A stretch of 60,052 nucleotides of DNA, filler included, from Sphacelaria rigidula (lineage: Eukaryota): assembly GCA_964200075.2 (NCBI GenBank). It is 4 parts of 4 records of this genome, joined end to end, with 100 filler letters (N's around TTAATTAATTAA, not from the genome) between each part and the next. Parts side by side here need not be neighbours in the genome. Positions count along the whole stretch, not along the records: positions 30,080 to 45,016 come from CAXNAA020001982.1; positions 45,117 to 60,052 come from CAXNAA020001983.1; 2 more parts are not named here. One strand, written 5' to 3'. Within the stretch, counting starts at the first letter, position 1. Each line of letters opens with the position of its first letter. Shown in pieces: positions 37,038 through 48,609 of the stretch. Position numbers and translations under genes: made by a program. The notes under the pieces are model-generated. The model ran no database searches, had not been told where the DNA came from, and saw only the letters and a program-made list of their open reading frames with translations.

Positions 37038-37103
37038 ATGGCGGCTGCTGCCGCTGGCATCGGCGCCAGCGCTCGCGGTCATGGGAAGACACGACCGGTC
37101 ATA
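37038..37103 (+). CDS. Possible first exon of an unidentified gene
   Basis: agcATGGCG start context, MAAAAAGIGASARGHGKTRPVI, then an ATA|GTAAGA donor. No downstream exon could be identified. Confidence 0.35.
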
Positions 37104-37506
37104 GTAAGATGGGGATATGCCGATACACGAGCATCGAAATTATCCACTGTGGCGGCAATATGTCACTTGCTGTCTGCTTCTCTGCTTGCAGCTTCGTTTC
37201 GCTGCTGTTGTTCTATTTGTCCCTACGTACACCACAGGTGTGATTCGTGTCCGCGAGCCAATCACAAGCAATCTTCATTACATTATTCACCACGAAGGTC
37301 GCATTTCATTGGCGCTAGATTCTGTCGATTCCTCACGGAAGGGCTTTTGATTGGTTGCATTTCACACATCACTACAAGAATCCATTCATGTATGGGGGTT
37401 GTGCTCAACTTTGGGCTATCGAAAAATGTTGTCAGAAATGTTTCCATCAAAAGCGCGTTTTTTACAGGGAGCGGCCTTGGGCTACTTCTTATGCATGAAA
37501 CATCGA

Positions 37507-37910
37507 CTCCTAAAAAGCATTTTTACAGATTGAAAAAAACAGACAAGAATGGAAATCTGTAAAAATGCTTTTTAGGAGCTTTGACGTAGTTTGACGTCCC
37601 AAAAGAGAGCTAGGCGGAGTTTGACACCTTGAAATGACTCGAGTCACTTGTTGAGGCAGTTCCAGGATATCTTCCCGTCCTGCGGTGGCCACAGTTTTTA
37701 TTTTGGCCGAACAAGAACTTTTTTTCCAATAACGGTAAAAAACAGACGAATGTGGAAAAAATCGCCCTTCTTCGGTGGACTTGACCGTTCTTCGGCGAAA
37801 ATATTTGCTTGGCCAAAACAAAAATGGCGGCCACCGGGAAACGAGAAGATGTCCTGGGACTGCCTCGACTAGTAAAGCAAGTCATTCTAAAATGTCAAGC
37901 TCCGCCTAGC
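37507..37910. repeat. Perfect 25-bp hairpin (37507-37578) followed by a MITE-like inverted-repeat element (37609-37910)
   Basis: CTCCTAAAAAGCATTTTTACAGATT-22 nt-AATCTGTAAAAATGCTTTTTAGGAG; GCTAGGCGGAGTTTGACA ... TGTCAAGCTCCGCCTAGC. Confidence 0.8.
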
Positions 37911-40864
37911 CAACTCGAAGGCCGCTGATTGTCCAAGAAACATCCTGACTAATGGCGCCACGGCAAAAGACGTCGAAAAAAATGCGACCATGTCACACTG
38001 CTCGCTTGCTCGTGGAGCGTCACTAAAATACCAAATATGTTTCTATCGCGTCAGTTTTGCGTTCTGTATCAAGTGGGGAGTATAATTTCGGCATTCACCC
38101 TGAACCAGCCTTTAGGTTGAGTTTTGTTGTACCAGCCACCAGGAGAATGAGCAACACAATCCAGCATAATTAAATGGTCATGATGGCTATATTTCGTCAT
38201 TTTGTCCGATGGGGGTCGCTTTTACACCTGACGTGACACGTGACGTGGAGTGCAGAAAAACGATTATGATAGTACATACCGGCAAGTACCCGCCGGTATC
38301 ACCCTTTCTTTTCCTGAAAATGAAGCCTCCATCATCTAATACCCGGTTTCTCTTTCACCATCCGATACCCACCTCTACGCAGGACACGTTTGTGCCCAAA
38401 CCACCAGAGCATCACCGTAGGCCCTGATTTGAGCTCCACGATGCCCACGTCTGTGACCAAGGGTTCGCGAGATCGGATCAATGTGCGGAAATAATAATAA
38501 TAATAATAATAATGCCAACGAAGACGTTGCCCAGAACACCGTATGAATTCCTCTTGACTTGCCTTGGGTTGGGCTTGCGTCATGAATTGATGAGACCAAG
38601 TGTGCCCAACCATGGAATTTGTAGAACCAGTTTGCGGTCACGTGCCGATAACCTATCGAGGGTACCTAAATGCTGCAGGCGCCGATTTCGACAAAAACAC
38701 GTCCTGGACGATCTGGGTTCACTGCTAACCTGCCCCGGACCAAATTTTTTTCACAACTTCTTTCAGTCTTGAACGAAGTAGCCATCCCTGTCAACCATCA
38801 TGTACCAACATTTCTTTCGGTCTCTTGGAGGAGTGAACTGAACATGTTTTCATGAGGCTTTTTTGTAAGGCGGCCTCTGATGCCAAGAAGAGAGAAGAAA
38901 CTTCGAACAAGCCCAATGTGGCGATATATGGCCGATTTTCGACGGAGTATGGGGCTAGGCGGATGGATTGAGACATGTCCGAAAAACTGCTGAGCTCCGT
39001 CTCAAAGGATACTGGTGCACTTTTCCGATTTTTCATTCAACAAAATTGCGACGCTCGAGCTCGAGTGTCGTGTGAAAGCCGTGACTGTCAAAACTACTAC
39101 ACCATGTCACCTCGTATATCTTTTTCATTTAGTTCCTATCGTTCTTAGCCATAACTCACGCTGCAGCGGGAACTGCAGAGAGCTTTAGGTGCGCAGCTAG
39201 GAAAAGTAAGGAGGGTGTCCCAACCACGCTGACTTTGGTGTGGGCATCATCGTGCATTCGAACAGGGCCTGGCACATTCAACACACCGAGATGATTTTTT
39301 TGACACCATTGGATCGTTTCGTGAGCCCGCGACGTGTCTGGCACGGCCAAGCATGCCATAGTCACCAAAATCTCATGAGCTTGGTCTAGGTGATACGCAA
39401 CTTCCAATATCACCCAGCTCACCTGAGAAATGATCGATCATTACTTTCGGAAGATCCAGATCGCGAACCGTTAGAGGCGACCTAAGCAGTACGATGACAC
39501 GTGATTTATGCTGCATGTAGATTCTTCGACTTTCTGAATAGATTATGCTCATGTTTCAAAGCCGTCGACGCGACGATGAATACTAATGAAAAGAGTGGGT
39601 AGGCTCTGCACCTGTGTGGGGGTGACTCCAGTGTCAAGTGACGTCTTCGGTTGTGCGGAGGAACACCCAGGCTTGCATCGAATTTTACATTCTCATTTAC
39701 GCATCATGACGTGGAAAAGTACAACTAACGAAATCAACCTGTCATCTTGCGCAGAGTATGGTAAGAAGAGCAATGCCCTCGGAAATCGAATGTGATGGTA
39801 TATACCACGAATTGAACGTGGACACTGTTTTGGTACAAAACACGTGATTCAGCTCATGGCATATGAGCGTCCTTCACGAAGGACTCCACCTGGGCCTGGG
39901 GTTGGTCTTCGACACTGCACGTTTTCAACGGCAAAATAAAGCCATCTCATGGCATCAACGTGAGTACGGGACACCCAACACGCAGCAAGAACTCTGCAGT
40001 CCTACAACCATGTTCAGTATCCAGTGATGTTGCTAGCATTCGTGCGCGGTACTACTCGCTGTGTAGAGATCATGATCGATGATGAGACCGGACTGTCAGC
40101 ACAGACCCTGATACGTGGATCGGCTAGTCGACCAGCTTGGAGGGATCGACGAGAGAAGAGGAACCTTGGTCTTTTTTCGGAACAGAATGCACTGCAACAT
40201 TCAAGTTTGCTGCCCTGCTGGATCAGTCGACTTCGCCGAATGGAGACGTACATGAGACAGCTCTCGATAATGGCCAAGTCGTGAGATACGCGTCACCTTG
40301 TTCTCCACACAATGGATGATGTTTGCGTATACGTCCCGACCCCAATCTCAATCGATTGCAAATCAACACCCACCGGAAGTCCTCTTCCAAGATGATGTCT
40401 CACACCTGCAGCTCTACTTGTGTCCACCCGGCAGCGTATAAATATATATATACACATGCGGAGTAGGAATGCTGCGACTTCCAACATCCGGTGCCGTTCG
40501 TGTACTGTATCATCGTCAGCAGAGAGGGTTTGTATTTGTACCAAATTAAGTTTGTTCCGCCGGTCCATGCTTGATTGGGTGAAGCTCTGTTCAAACACCC
40601 TTGACTGTACTATAGACTTCACCCGCGTCAGAAGCGGCGCCCTGGTGCATCCTCGATGGCAGTATCATCACCCGAATATCTCCTCTGCTTCTGTACTTTA
40701 CCTTCATCGTCTATGCTGGCTCTTGTCCTACACGTATTGCGATCGTGTGCATTACGAGACCCTCAACAGGAAAAACAGTGAGTACAGGCATTTTGATCTT
40801 TCATCACTCACACAGGCATGAATCGGGCGTGCGCGGCGCTCATGAGGTGCGTCACAGCGCTGAC

Positions 40865-42526
40865 CTCGCCCTTGGCACCCCTGTGGTAGCCCTGTCTGAA
40901 GCGGCTGTAGCTGATACGGTAGGCTGTGATGGCATCCATGACCTGGCACGCATGTGGTCACGACACGCAACACTGTCTGTTGTACTGGTGTGGCTCAAGG
41001 CGAGACAAAAAAATTCAAAGGACTCTCCGCGCTACACTCCAAAAATAGTGTAAAATGGCGAGCGAGGCCGGTCTCAAACTCCACAATAGTCAAGTCTTTG
41101 ACTCCGAATCAAGGAACATGAAGACTGCACAACTACTACTGTCGTGCTGAAAAAAGTTGAGCGCGCGAGTCGAGGGAGACAGTCCCCATTTGTACAGCAT
41201 ACCAGCAAAGCAGCGCAGAGCTACATACACTGAACGTTACAGTGTGCGCTGCACCCACTGATCTCGAGCAATACATGCAGCGTACGGGGGGGAAAGCGGT
41301 TTACTCCACCTTCGTGATGGATCCGGAGAGAGAGAAAAAGGTTTCCTCCTGCAGCAACTCTTCATCCACAGCGGGGACATCGGGTTCAACATGAAACTGG
41401 TCCGTCTCTCCCTTGGCTCCATGTGCCTTGCCATCGCGGAAGTTGCGGTACGTCCGCCGGTAGTGGGTGATCCTAAGATAGACATACCATGCATGGAGTA
41501 AGTCAGTGCTACTGCAAGGACAGCACCAAGTACAGCCTAGGTACAGCCCAGTGGCGTACGTGGTGCCCGTATGCGCACGAGCGAGGACATGCATGCGAAC
41601 ATGCACACTCACGAAGCTTCTCTCTCTCAAGTTCCAAGTTGGACAGCTGACAGCTGCCCTCGATTACGCCCAAAGAATTTCGCAGAGGATGCTGCCACGG
41701 GTATGGATAATGTAGCGAACTGCGGCAGTGAGCGATTGATATTGGGGCGATTGCCTTCATCGCTACTAGTTCACTAGTGCACGGTACAGGAGCACCCTGC
41801 GTGATTTATCAGTCTGCATTGAACAAGTCTAGCTGTCACATCTCATCGCTCTCTTTTATTTCAGACACGCGTGTCTGATCAATCTTCTCGTGACACGACT
41901 CCAATGAGACGAGACAACTTCTACAGGCACAAAGTGGGGTGCGGAACCGGATAAACACAAATACAAGTGCGAGAGCTGTGGTGCAGATTTTGCACATATC
42001 CTGGCTCCGCATGATTTCCTGCACATGTCAGCTTAACCAAATACCTCACACCATTAGCTTGTTCGAGGACACATAAAACTGGAGACCGAGCTGCAGTTTC
42101 GAGTCGTACTGCACTGAACCTTTGGTACCGAATCTTTTTTGTGCTGTTTACAGAGGATATCTCACTACTTCCAAGTATAGCATAAACTCTGGTTGGAAAG
42201 TGATGAAAAGCTGACGGGCAACGTGGAAAAAACAAGGAGGATACTCACGCTTCGGCCTCCAGCGTCTTCAGGAAGGGCTTGTCCAGGTTTACCGGGATGG
42301 GAAGCGCCATCTTACACGTATTCGTCCGGGAGGTGGTGGCTGAAGTGACGGGGGTGTGCGATCGGAAAGATGATGACGATGCTGCCGATTCGCCTATCAG
42401 ATGGCCGCTGTGATGGAGAGCTCTAGTAGTGACTGATGACACGAAAGCCATTACGGGACCGTTACCTAGAATTTGAAGTACCAATAATAAAAAAACAAAC
42501 AACAATCTACGGCCCGCAAGCAACAT
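40865..42526 (-). CDS. Plastid-targeted protein of unknown function with an internal repeat (3' end unresolved)
   Basis: Exons 42526-42249 (signal peptide MLLAGRRLLFVFLLLVLQILG..VMA|FV plus Ser/Thr-rich transit peptide), 41472-41310 and 40942-40865; GT-AG and phase-consistent. The spliced product has two copies of AITxYRxxYxxFRxGxxxGAKGE, which independently supports the reading frame. Confidence 0.75.
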
Positions 42527-42891
42527 GGTTTGACCCGATCCTGGTCGACTGTACTACCTATGAACTACAATGCCAAGTGTGTTCCCGATCCTAGTAGGTG
42601 TATGCAGTGCCACGCCTGCACAGCATGCGAACGGGTGAGAGATGTGCAAACGTATACACACGCACACACACAACCGGATGGGGCAAGACAAAGCAGAACA
42701 GAAGACTACAGCCGACCGCTTGCTTCTAAAGAGTGGAGCGGTGATCCTCAACAAAATTTGAAAAATGACTTCACAGACTCGCGGTCGCTCTACACCTGCC
42801 AGGCAAGGAAGGTCCACGGGCTCCACAGATGGACACTTTGATGAAAATATTTTATACGGTAGTCCATTTGAGTACGATCTGGTGTGTGGTG

Positions 42892-43420
42892 ATGCGGGGG
42901 CACCCGTTGCTCGCCCTCGCTATTGCCTTCTGCAAAGTTGCGTCGTGCAGCTGCAACACTAAGACGAATCGTTTTGATAGCAACAAACACGTGCCAAACG
43001 CAAAGTCCGCACGGAACAAGAGGCGAGTGCTGCAGACAAAATCAAAACCAACATGGCGCGAGAGTGCAATTCGCTCTGCAGGACAGCAAGCCTTGGAGAA
43101 GCGATCAACGGTAACAGATGTGTTCGCAATCAGAGGTGGACAAGGGCGAGAAAATCTTGGCTTGTCAACTGCAAGGCACCTGCGGCGCACCAGCGAAGTC
43201 ATTGCATACAACGTGACGGATGTTGTGGGTAAGACGCTCAAGACTCTCAACAAGGCACTGCGGAGGGTGTTGGAGCATCACGATACTGCTGCTGCTGCTC
43301 GTGGTGCTGCCGGGAAATGCGGCCAGCGACAACAGGCGATTGTACAAAACGTGCTAGTGTGGGTAGCACTGTTGGGCGTGGTGTACACATGGGCACTCAA
43401 TCGCATCAGCTCGAACAAAG
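42892..43420 (+). CDS. Probable first exon of a signal-peptide/membrane protein of unknown function
   Basis: Longest ORF in the window (233 aa from 42829). MRGHPLLALAIAFCKVASC is a signal peptide, followed by an IRGG motif and a TM segment (VQNVLVWVALLGVVYTWAL). Putative GC donor AAAG|GCAAG at 43421 (uncertain). Head-to-head with the 42526 gene. Confidence 0.5.
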
Positions 43421-44003
43421 GCAAGATCTTATGTCTGTACCGTACAACTTCACATCTAAGGTTGGGTTTTTCTGGTGACATATGTACAGCACGAAAGATT
43501 GGCAGATTACACGGCCTTCCTTTCAAGTAGGCGATGTCTAATCATGTGTGCGTTGTATGATACCAACAGCACTAGATTTCGGGGGGAAACGGACGGAACG
43601 ACTGTCTGTTGCTGCAAGCGATCCTGATCGTGCCACCGAAGAGATACGGCAGACAAAGATGGCACGTGCCGACGGCTTGAATCCTCTGTCTAAGACCAGT
43701 GTTACATGGTATGAAGAGGGTCTGCAAAGACAGTTGACCGTGCGGTAACACCGTGTCTCCGTTCTCCAGACTGTGCGCAACACTGGAGACAGCCGCATAA
43801 AGATTTTGACGCAGGTCGTTTCTAGTGTTATTTCATTCTTCAAGTGAAAGTGATGCCGATTCAACCGATCACTCAACTCTGGCGGTTAAAAACGGTCATG
43901 GCTGCAGGGGGCGAGGTTGAAAAACAGTCTGATTCACGGTTTTGACCCGAACTTCACTCCCATCAGCAAATGCATTTCGCAATACCGATCTAGTAATCGC
44001 ATA

Positions 44004-44177
44004 CATGGTATCATACCGATCGTCATGGCCACCTTATGACCGTCACATTACTGAATTTTTGTTTAAGGCCACACCAGTGGCGACAAGGGTCATGGTATCA
44101 TACCGATCGTCATGGCCACCTGACGACGGTCACATAACTAAATTTTTGTTGAAGGCCACACCAGTGGCGATAAGGGC
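44004..44177. repeat. Tandem duplication, 87-bp unit x2
   Basis: CATGGTATCATACCGATCGTCATGGCCACCT...AAGGCCACACCAGTGGCGA.AAGGG at 44004 and 44091. Confidence 0.9.
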
Positions 44178-45016
44178 GGGAACGCACCTTGATCAATCAG
44201 CGTCCTTCAAATTGTTCTGAAAATGCTTATTCGAATCCCCGACACAGGTTCTCCCCAATGTCCACATGATTCAAAAGCGATGTTATTTTTAGACCGTTTC
44301 TGACAGTTGTTATTTGGATGGGTAGTGCATTTTCCACTTTTGCACATATCGGACAACCCAACCTACCTGACTCGAGTTCTCTCGTTGTGATACGAGTAAA
44401 ACCTGGGGCTGTCATACCGTACTGGTATAAATCAGCGTTACTAGTTACACTGGCTGAGTACAGGTGGCGTCACTACTTCAGAAACTCTAATTTGAGGCGA
44501 AGCTCAAATGTTATTCTTATCGCCGAGCCAAGCATAATTTCTTCCACACAATTTCTTACTTTCCGCACACGTGCAATGATGAATTTCTCAGAGGCCAATA
44601 TCTTAAAGGGGGGGGGTCTTGCATCTTTCAATTTCCTATCCTTATTTTCGCTTCGATCTGAGCAAAAATTCTTAGCATCATTTTTTCAAAATCTGAAAAT
44701 TTTGAGCCTCGATTTCTTAACAGGTTATTTCTTAACCTTTAGACAGCGACCCCCCCGCTGGTAGACTGAGGTAGATACTCCACTTTTGGGGTTCACAATC
44801 ATTCCTTTGTCGCAACCCAAAACGCCTACTCCACGGCAGAAGGGACCGGGAGTGCATCAGAGGTACATAGTTGCCTAATAACTCAGACGGTGGTTTGGTT
44901 GTCGACCACCTGATTATTACGCCTCATATTTTTTCTGTGCTGTCTGTAGTGCATCGTGTCGCGGCTGCACGTGCGGTCTGCAGCGTACTGGATCTTACAG
45001 TGTTGAACGTGCCGAG

Positions 45017-45116
45017 NNNNNNNNNNNNNNNNNNNNNNNNNNNNNNNNNNNNNNNNNNNNTTAATTAATTAANNNNNNNNNNNNNNNNNNNNNNNNNNNN
45101 NNNNNNNNNNNNNNNN
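45017..45116. other. Scaffold gap with artificial TTAATTAATTAA linker
   Basis: N44-TTAATTAATTAA-N44, followed by low-quality poly-G. Confidence 0.95.
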
Positions 45117-47257
45117 GGGGGGGGGGGGGGGGCGTGGGGGGGGGGGGGGGGGGGGGGCGGGGGGGGGGGGGGGGGGGGGGTGATGAACACGAAGGCAGCC
45201 ACAAACCTCGGGTTTTCCTTGTCCTACGCCTCCTAAGTTTGCTTCAAAGTGTCGATCAGATGCTGTTCTTCACCTATGCAACACATTGCAATCGTCCTCG
45301 CAATCGGTCATACACGGCGCGTGCTGTAGTTTGCCCCGGCGACATGTGAGTCAAGCATGCATTTTGCAGCCCGAAAACCGACGACATTCGTCATCATCTA
45401 TGAAAATACGTGAGCATGTATAAGTGCACAGAATAACGGATGCTGAGCGGCATAATGATGTCATACCTGTGTTGCGATCTGGAAAAAAATGACGAAACAC
45501 ATTCTGTCGTTCGAGAAACCAAACGAATAAGTCGACGATTGTTTCTTCCGGAGCGAGTCTATAAGGATCGCATATGGCACGCGTCAGCTCACCACTCACC
45601 GTCACACCTTTCAGTGCTGTAGTGATATGATGTGCACAGCGATGATACTGACGGGGAGTCGGTCTTCCTAGAAAGTGTACTGAGTCGTCGCACCGATTGT
45701 AGACGTCGACACCGTGAACCTTCTGGGTGTGCCTGGTTCCTCAGCTGTTGTGCCACGTAGAAAATCGACATCGTTCAGCTCACGGTTAGACAGCATGATT
45801 CAGAATGTGCTAGAGATCAGGTTGAGCCCTCGCCGATTTTTGTTATTATCCCGATTGGGTGTAAATGCGACTATTTAGCACCAGTATATTATTTTGTGGC
45901 AAATTAAAACCCCAGGTGATATCTTCCGCATATGGCCTATTTTTAGCAAAGCATGAAGACTCTGATCTTTTTCGAGTCATGGTAAGATGTAGCTCGATTT
46001 TTTTCGCCAGGAGGAACGAGATCTCTCGCTGCGCGACGCTGTTGGCAATCAGCACTGCTTTTGCTGAGCACTGTGGGACATATCGACGGTCGCGTGGCGC
46101 GCTCTGAAGAAGAGTCATCAAGATCGTAACTTGTTGTGCTGCTCGTCTTTTCTCCCCGCAGTCATATAGGGTTGAAATGAAGTCCCGACCATCGGATGCA
46201 TTCGGTTGCTTTTGTTCACTGCTCCCAGGCTCATATGCATGTGCTGAGACTCACGAGGTGTGCGCGGGTTCTGTACCAGCTTTTCGCTCCGCAACGATCA
46301 TGGCAACATTTTTTTTTATCACCTGCTGATGCTTTGCTACTGCAGCACTGCAGGCACATGCACTACCGCGGGTGAGCACAGTACGTTGTAGGTGATAGGC
46401 TACAGTCCCCGAAGAAAAGTCTGGGGCAGCCTTCAAAGCTTCTATGAAATCGTGCAAACATTGCAGATGGAGCGCATATGCGCTTGCTTTTGCACCTGGC
46501 AGGGCGGAATTAGAAAATCGTAATTCGACCCCTGGAAACTTCAATTGCAACGCTCACTGTGCGGCTGCTGGGGTACGCACAATCCACCCTAGACCGAAGG
46601 GTACCCACCAGCTACAATACTGCACGGTGTGGTGTGATAACTGACGGTGGGGTTAGTGCTATCAGATCGCTCGCGTGACTATGATAGTTCTGTACATGTA
46701 TTATGTGTCTGCAATACAGCTGTGCTGTACTGTATGCGGACTGTGCTGGCGAATTTGAGTCACGTGAGCCGCGTTCCACACTCTTGCTGGTATCTCTGGT
46801 ACGCCCATCAACAATCACGGCGCCGGTGTGCTTGTTTGATGGTGGCAAGGCGTGGATATGGCTGCTTTCGCACCTGTAATCAGCACAACATGTTGCAGTC
46901 AGTGCGATCGGTGCGGTGGATACGGACTGGAGAACCTCAAGTCAAGTCCAGCACGCTTGGGCGCTGTGACATGTGTAAGGTTTGTCCAACTTCTGTTCGT
47001 ACGTCGTTTAGTTCGCGGCATAGTCGTAGTCCCGATAGTCGTGCTGCAACGAACCGTTTGTGATCTCTAGATCACGTGTATTCCTCGGGTGCCTCTACAG
47101 ACTGCACATCGCTCAAGATTTCTTCATATGTATGTCAGCAGCAAGGAGGTGTAGAGGAAGTACATGTAGTGGTGGAGTCGTCACCGAAGCCAGGCCAACT
47201 GTGCCTTGAAGCATTTTTTTCACGTTTTACCCACTTTCAATCACGAGATTTGTTTTG

Positions 47258-47551
47258 TGTGTGGGCGTGTGTGTGTTGTCGTCCCATCTATTCTAGACGC
47301 CGGTTTACACCTTTCGGTATTGGTGGGCGCACCAGCCGGGGTCACAGTAGAAGAAGGCCAACACTGGAGTTTTTTCTCTTTTTGTTTGATTTTGTTCCCC
47401 ACCTTCCTTCTGCGGTGCTTGTCTTTATTTTTTATCGCGAGAGGGATTCAGCAGTCCCTTTCCCTCGTCGACCGTTATGTCGAATTGTGTGTACCCACGA
47501 CATGGTCGCTCTCCACTGTCGGGTATTGTGTGAGAAAAAATCCCATATTTC
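47258..47551 (-). mobile_element. tRNA-derived SINE (family 1), copy 2, head truncated
   Basis: Homologous to 3001-3334, with a (GT)n tail-like end at ~47258-47277. Confidence 0.7.
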
Positions 47552-47972
47552 TTTTTTTTGTGTGCGGACGAAAATCTGTCACCCCTGTTGCAAAAGTATG
47601 CTGTCACCCGAGTCACTTGGAGAGCGATATAGCGTACAAGCGCCAGAATCTCGTGCGATGGTATCATGCTAGTTCGCACTGGGGAATGCTGTTCACCAAA
47701 CCGACGACAAGCCCCGCCCTCTCTCGTCTCATATCACCCATCCTGCTCCACGACATCGATTAGACTTTGACCTCTAGCTAGGGCATCCATTGTTATCGTT
47801 CTCAAATATAGATTGTGCTTTGCGGGGACATTCCTCATCATCCATCAATATACAGAGTCATTCAAAAGCGTACATACAAAACAATAACCTCCACTCTCAA
47901 GCTTTTGGAGCATGGTTTACGTTATATAACAAACCAAAAATGTTCCGAAAATGACGTATTTTGCCCAAGATC

Positions 47973-48212
47973 GATGCCGCGATAGCCCTCCCCCAAACCA
48001 GTCCCAAAACCGTCACGAAGAATATGGCCGTACAGCGCATGAAAGCTCGTTTCAGACTTCATGAACCATATAAATGACATCGGCGAAAACGATCTCAAGA
48101 ATGGGAGTTCCCAGCTGCTCGGTGCACTATACTCGGCTTTTGTTATTTTGGTCTACATGTACATTTTGCCGCCTCAAATCAGTCATTTTTCTGCGGGGGC
48201 CTATCGCGGCAT
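47973..48212 (+). mobile_element. MITE family A, copy 3
   Basis: GATGCCGCGATAGCCC ... GGGGGCCTATCGCGGCAT with the conserved body. Confidence 0.8.
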
Positions 48213-48609
48213 TATTTCCAAATCGTTCAGGCTCCGCTCCGTCGGACTTCGCAGTTTTGAGCTGAAACCTTTGAACACATGTTGATTCCTATGGTGCGAA
48301 GAACCGCGCCGCATCACCGTTTTGATTTTGTCCCTCGAGGACGAGTTATTTATCTCAAAGTTTGGAGGATGACGAGAATACAAGGATTCGATAAGTCACC
48401 CATTGTTAACTTGGCCCCAGGGGCGGAAAAATATTACGACGCAGCTTCGTTGCTCGTACGATGAGTACCGACGTGTGCGTAAAATTTAACGCTTGAGCTC
48501 GTGTCTCCGAGGCTGAGTGGGGCAAAAGCTTGGTACAAGATCATTGTTTTTTCTTCAGGGGCCAGCTTTGACGGTCATGCATTTTTTCAATTGTTTTCGC
48601 GCTCTACAG

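Noticed and set aside
41613-41719. Additional exon candidate (SLHYPYPWQHPL...) in the plastid repeat protein
   Set aside because: Direct splicing of 42249 to 41472 preserves frame and reconstitutes the repeat motif; including this exon would disrupt it unless an alternative acceptor is used.
46858-46975. 'MAAFAP' plastid-motif-like peptide as the thioredoxin first exon
   Set aside because: An in-frame stop lies just upstream, leaving no signal peptide, and the phase does not join cleanly to 48610.
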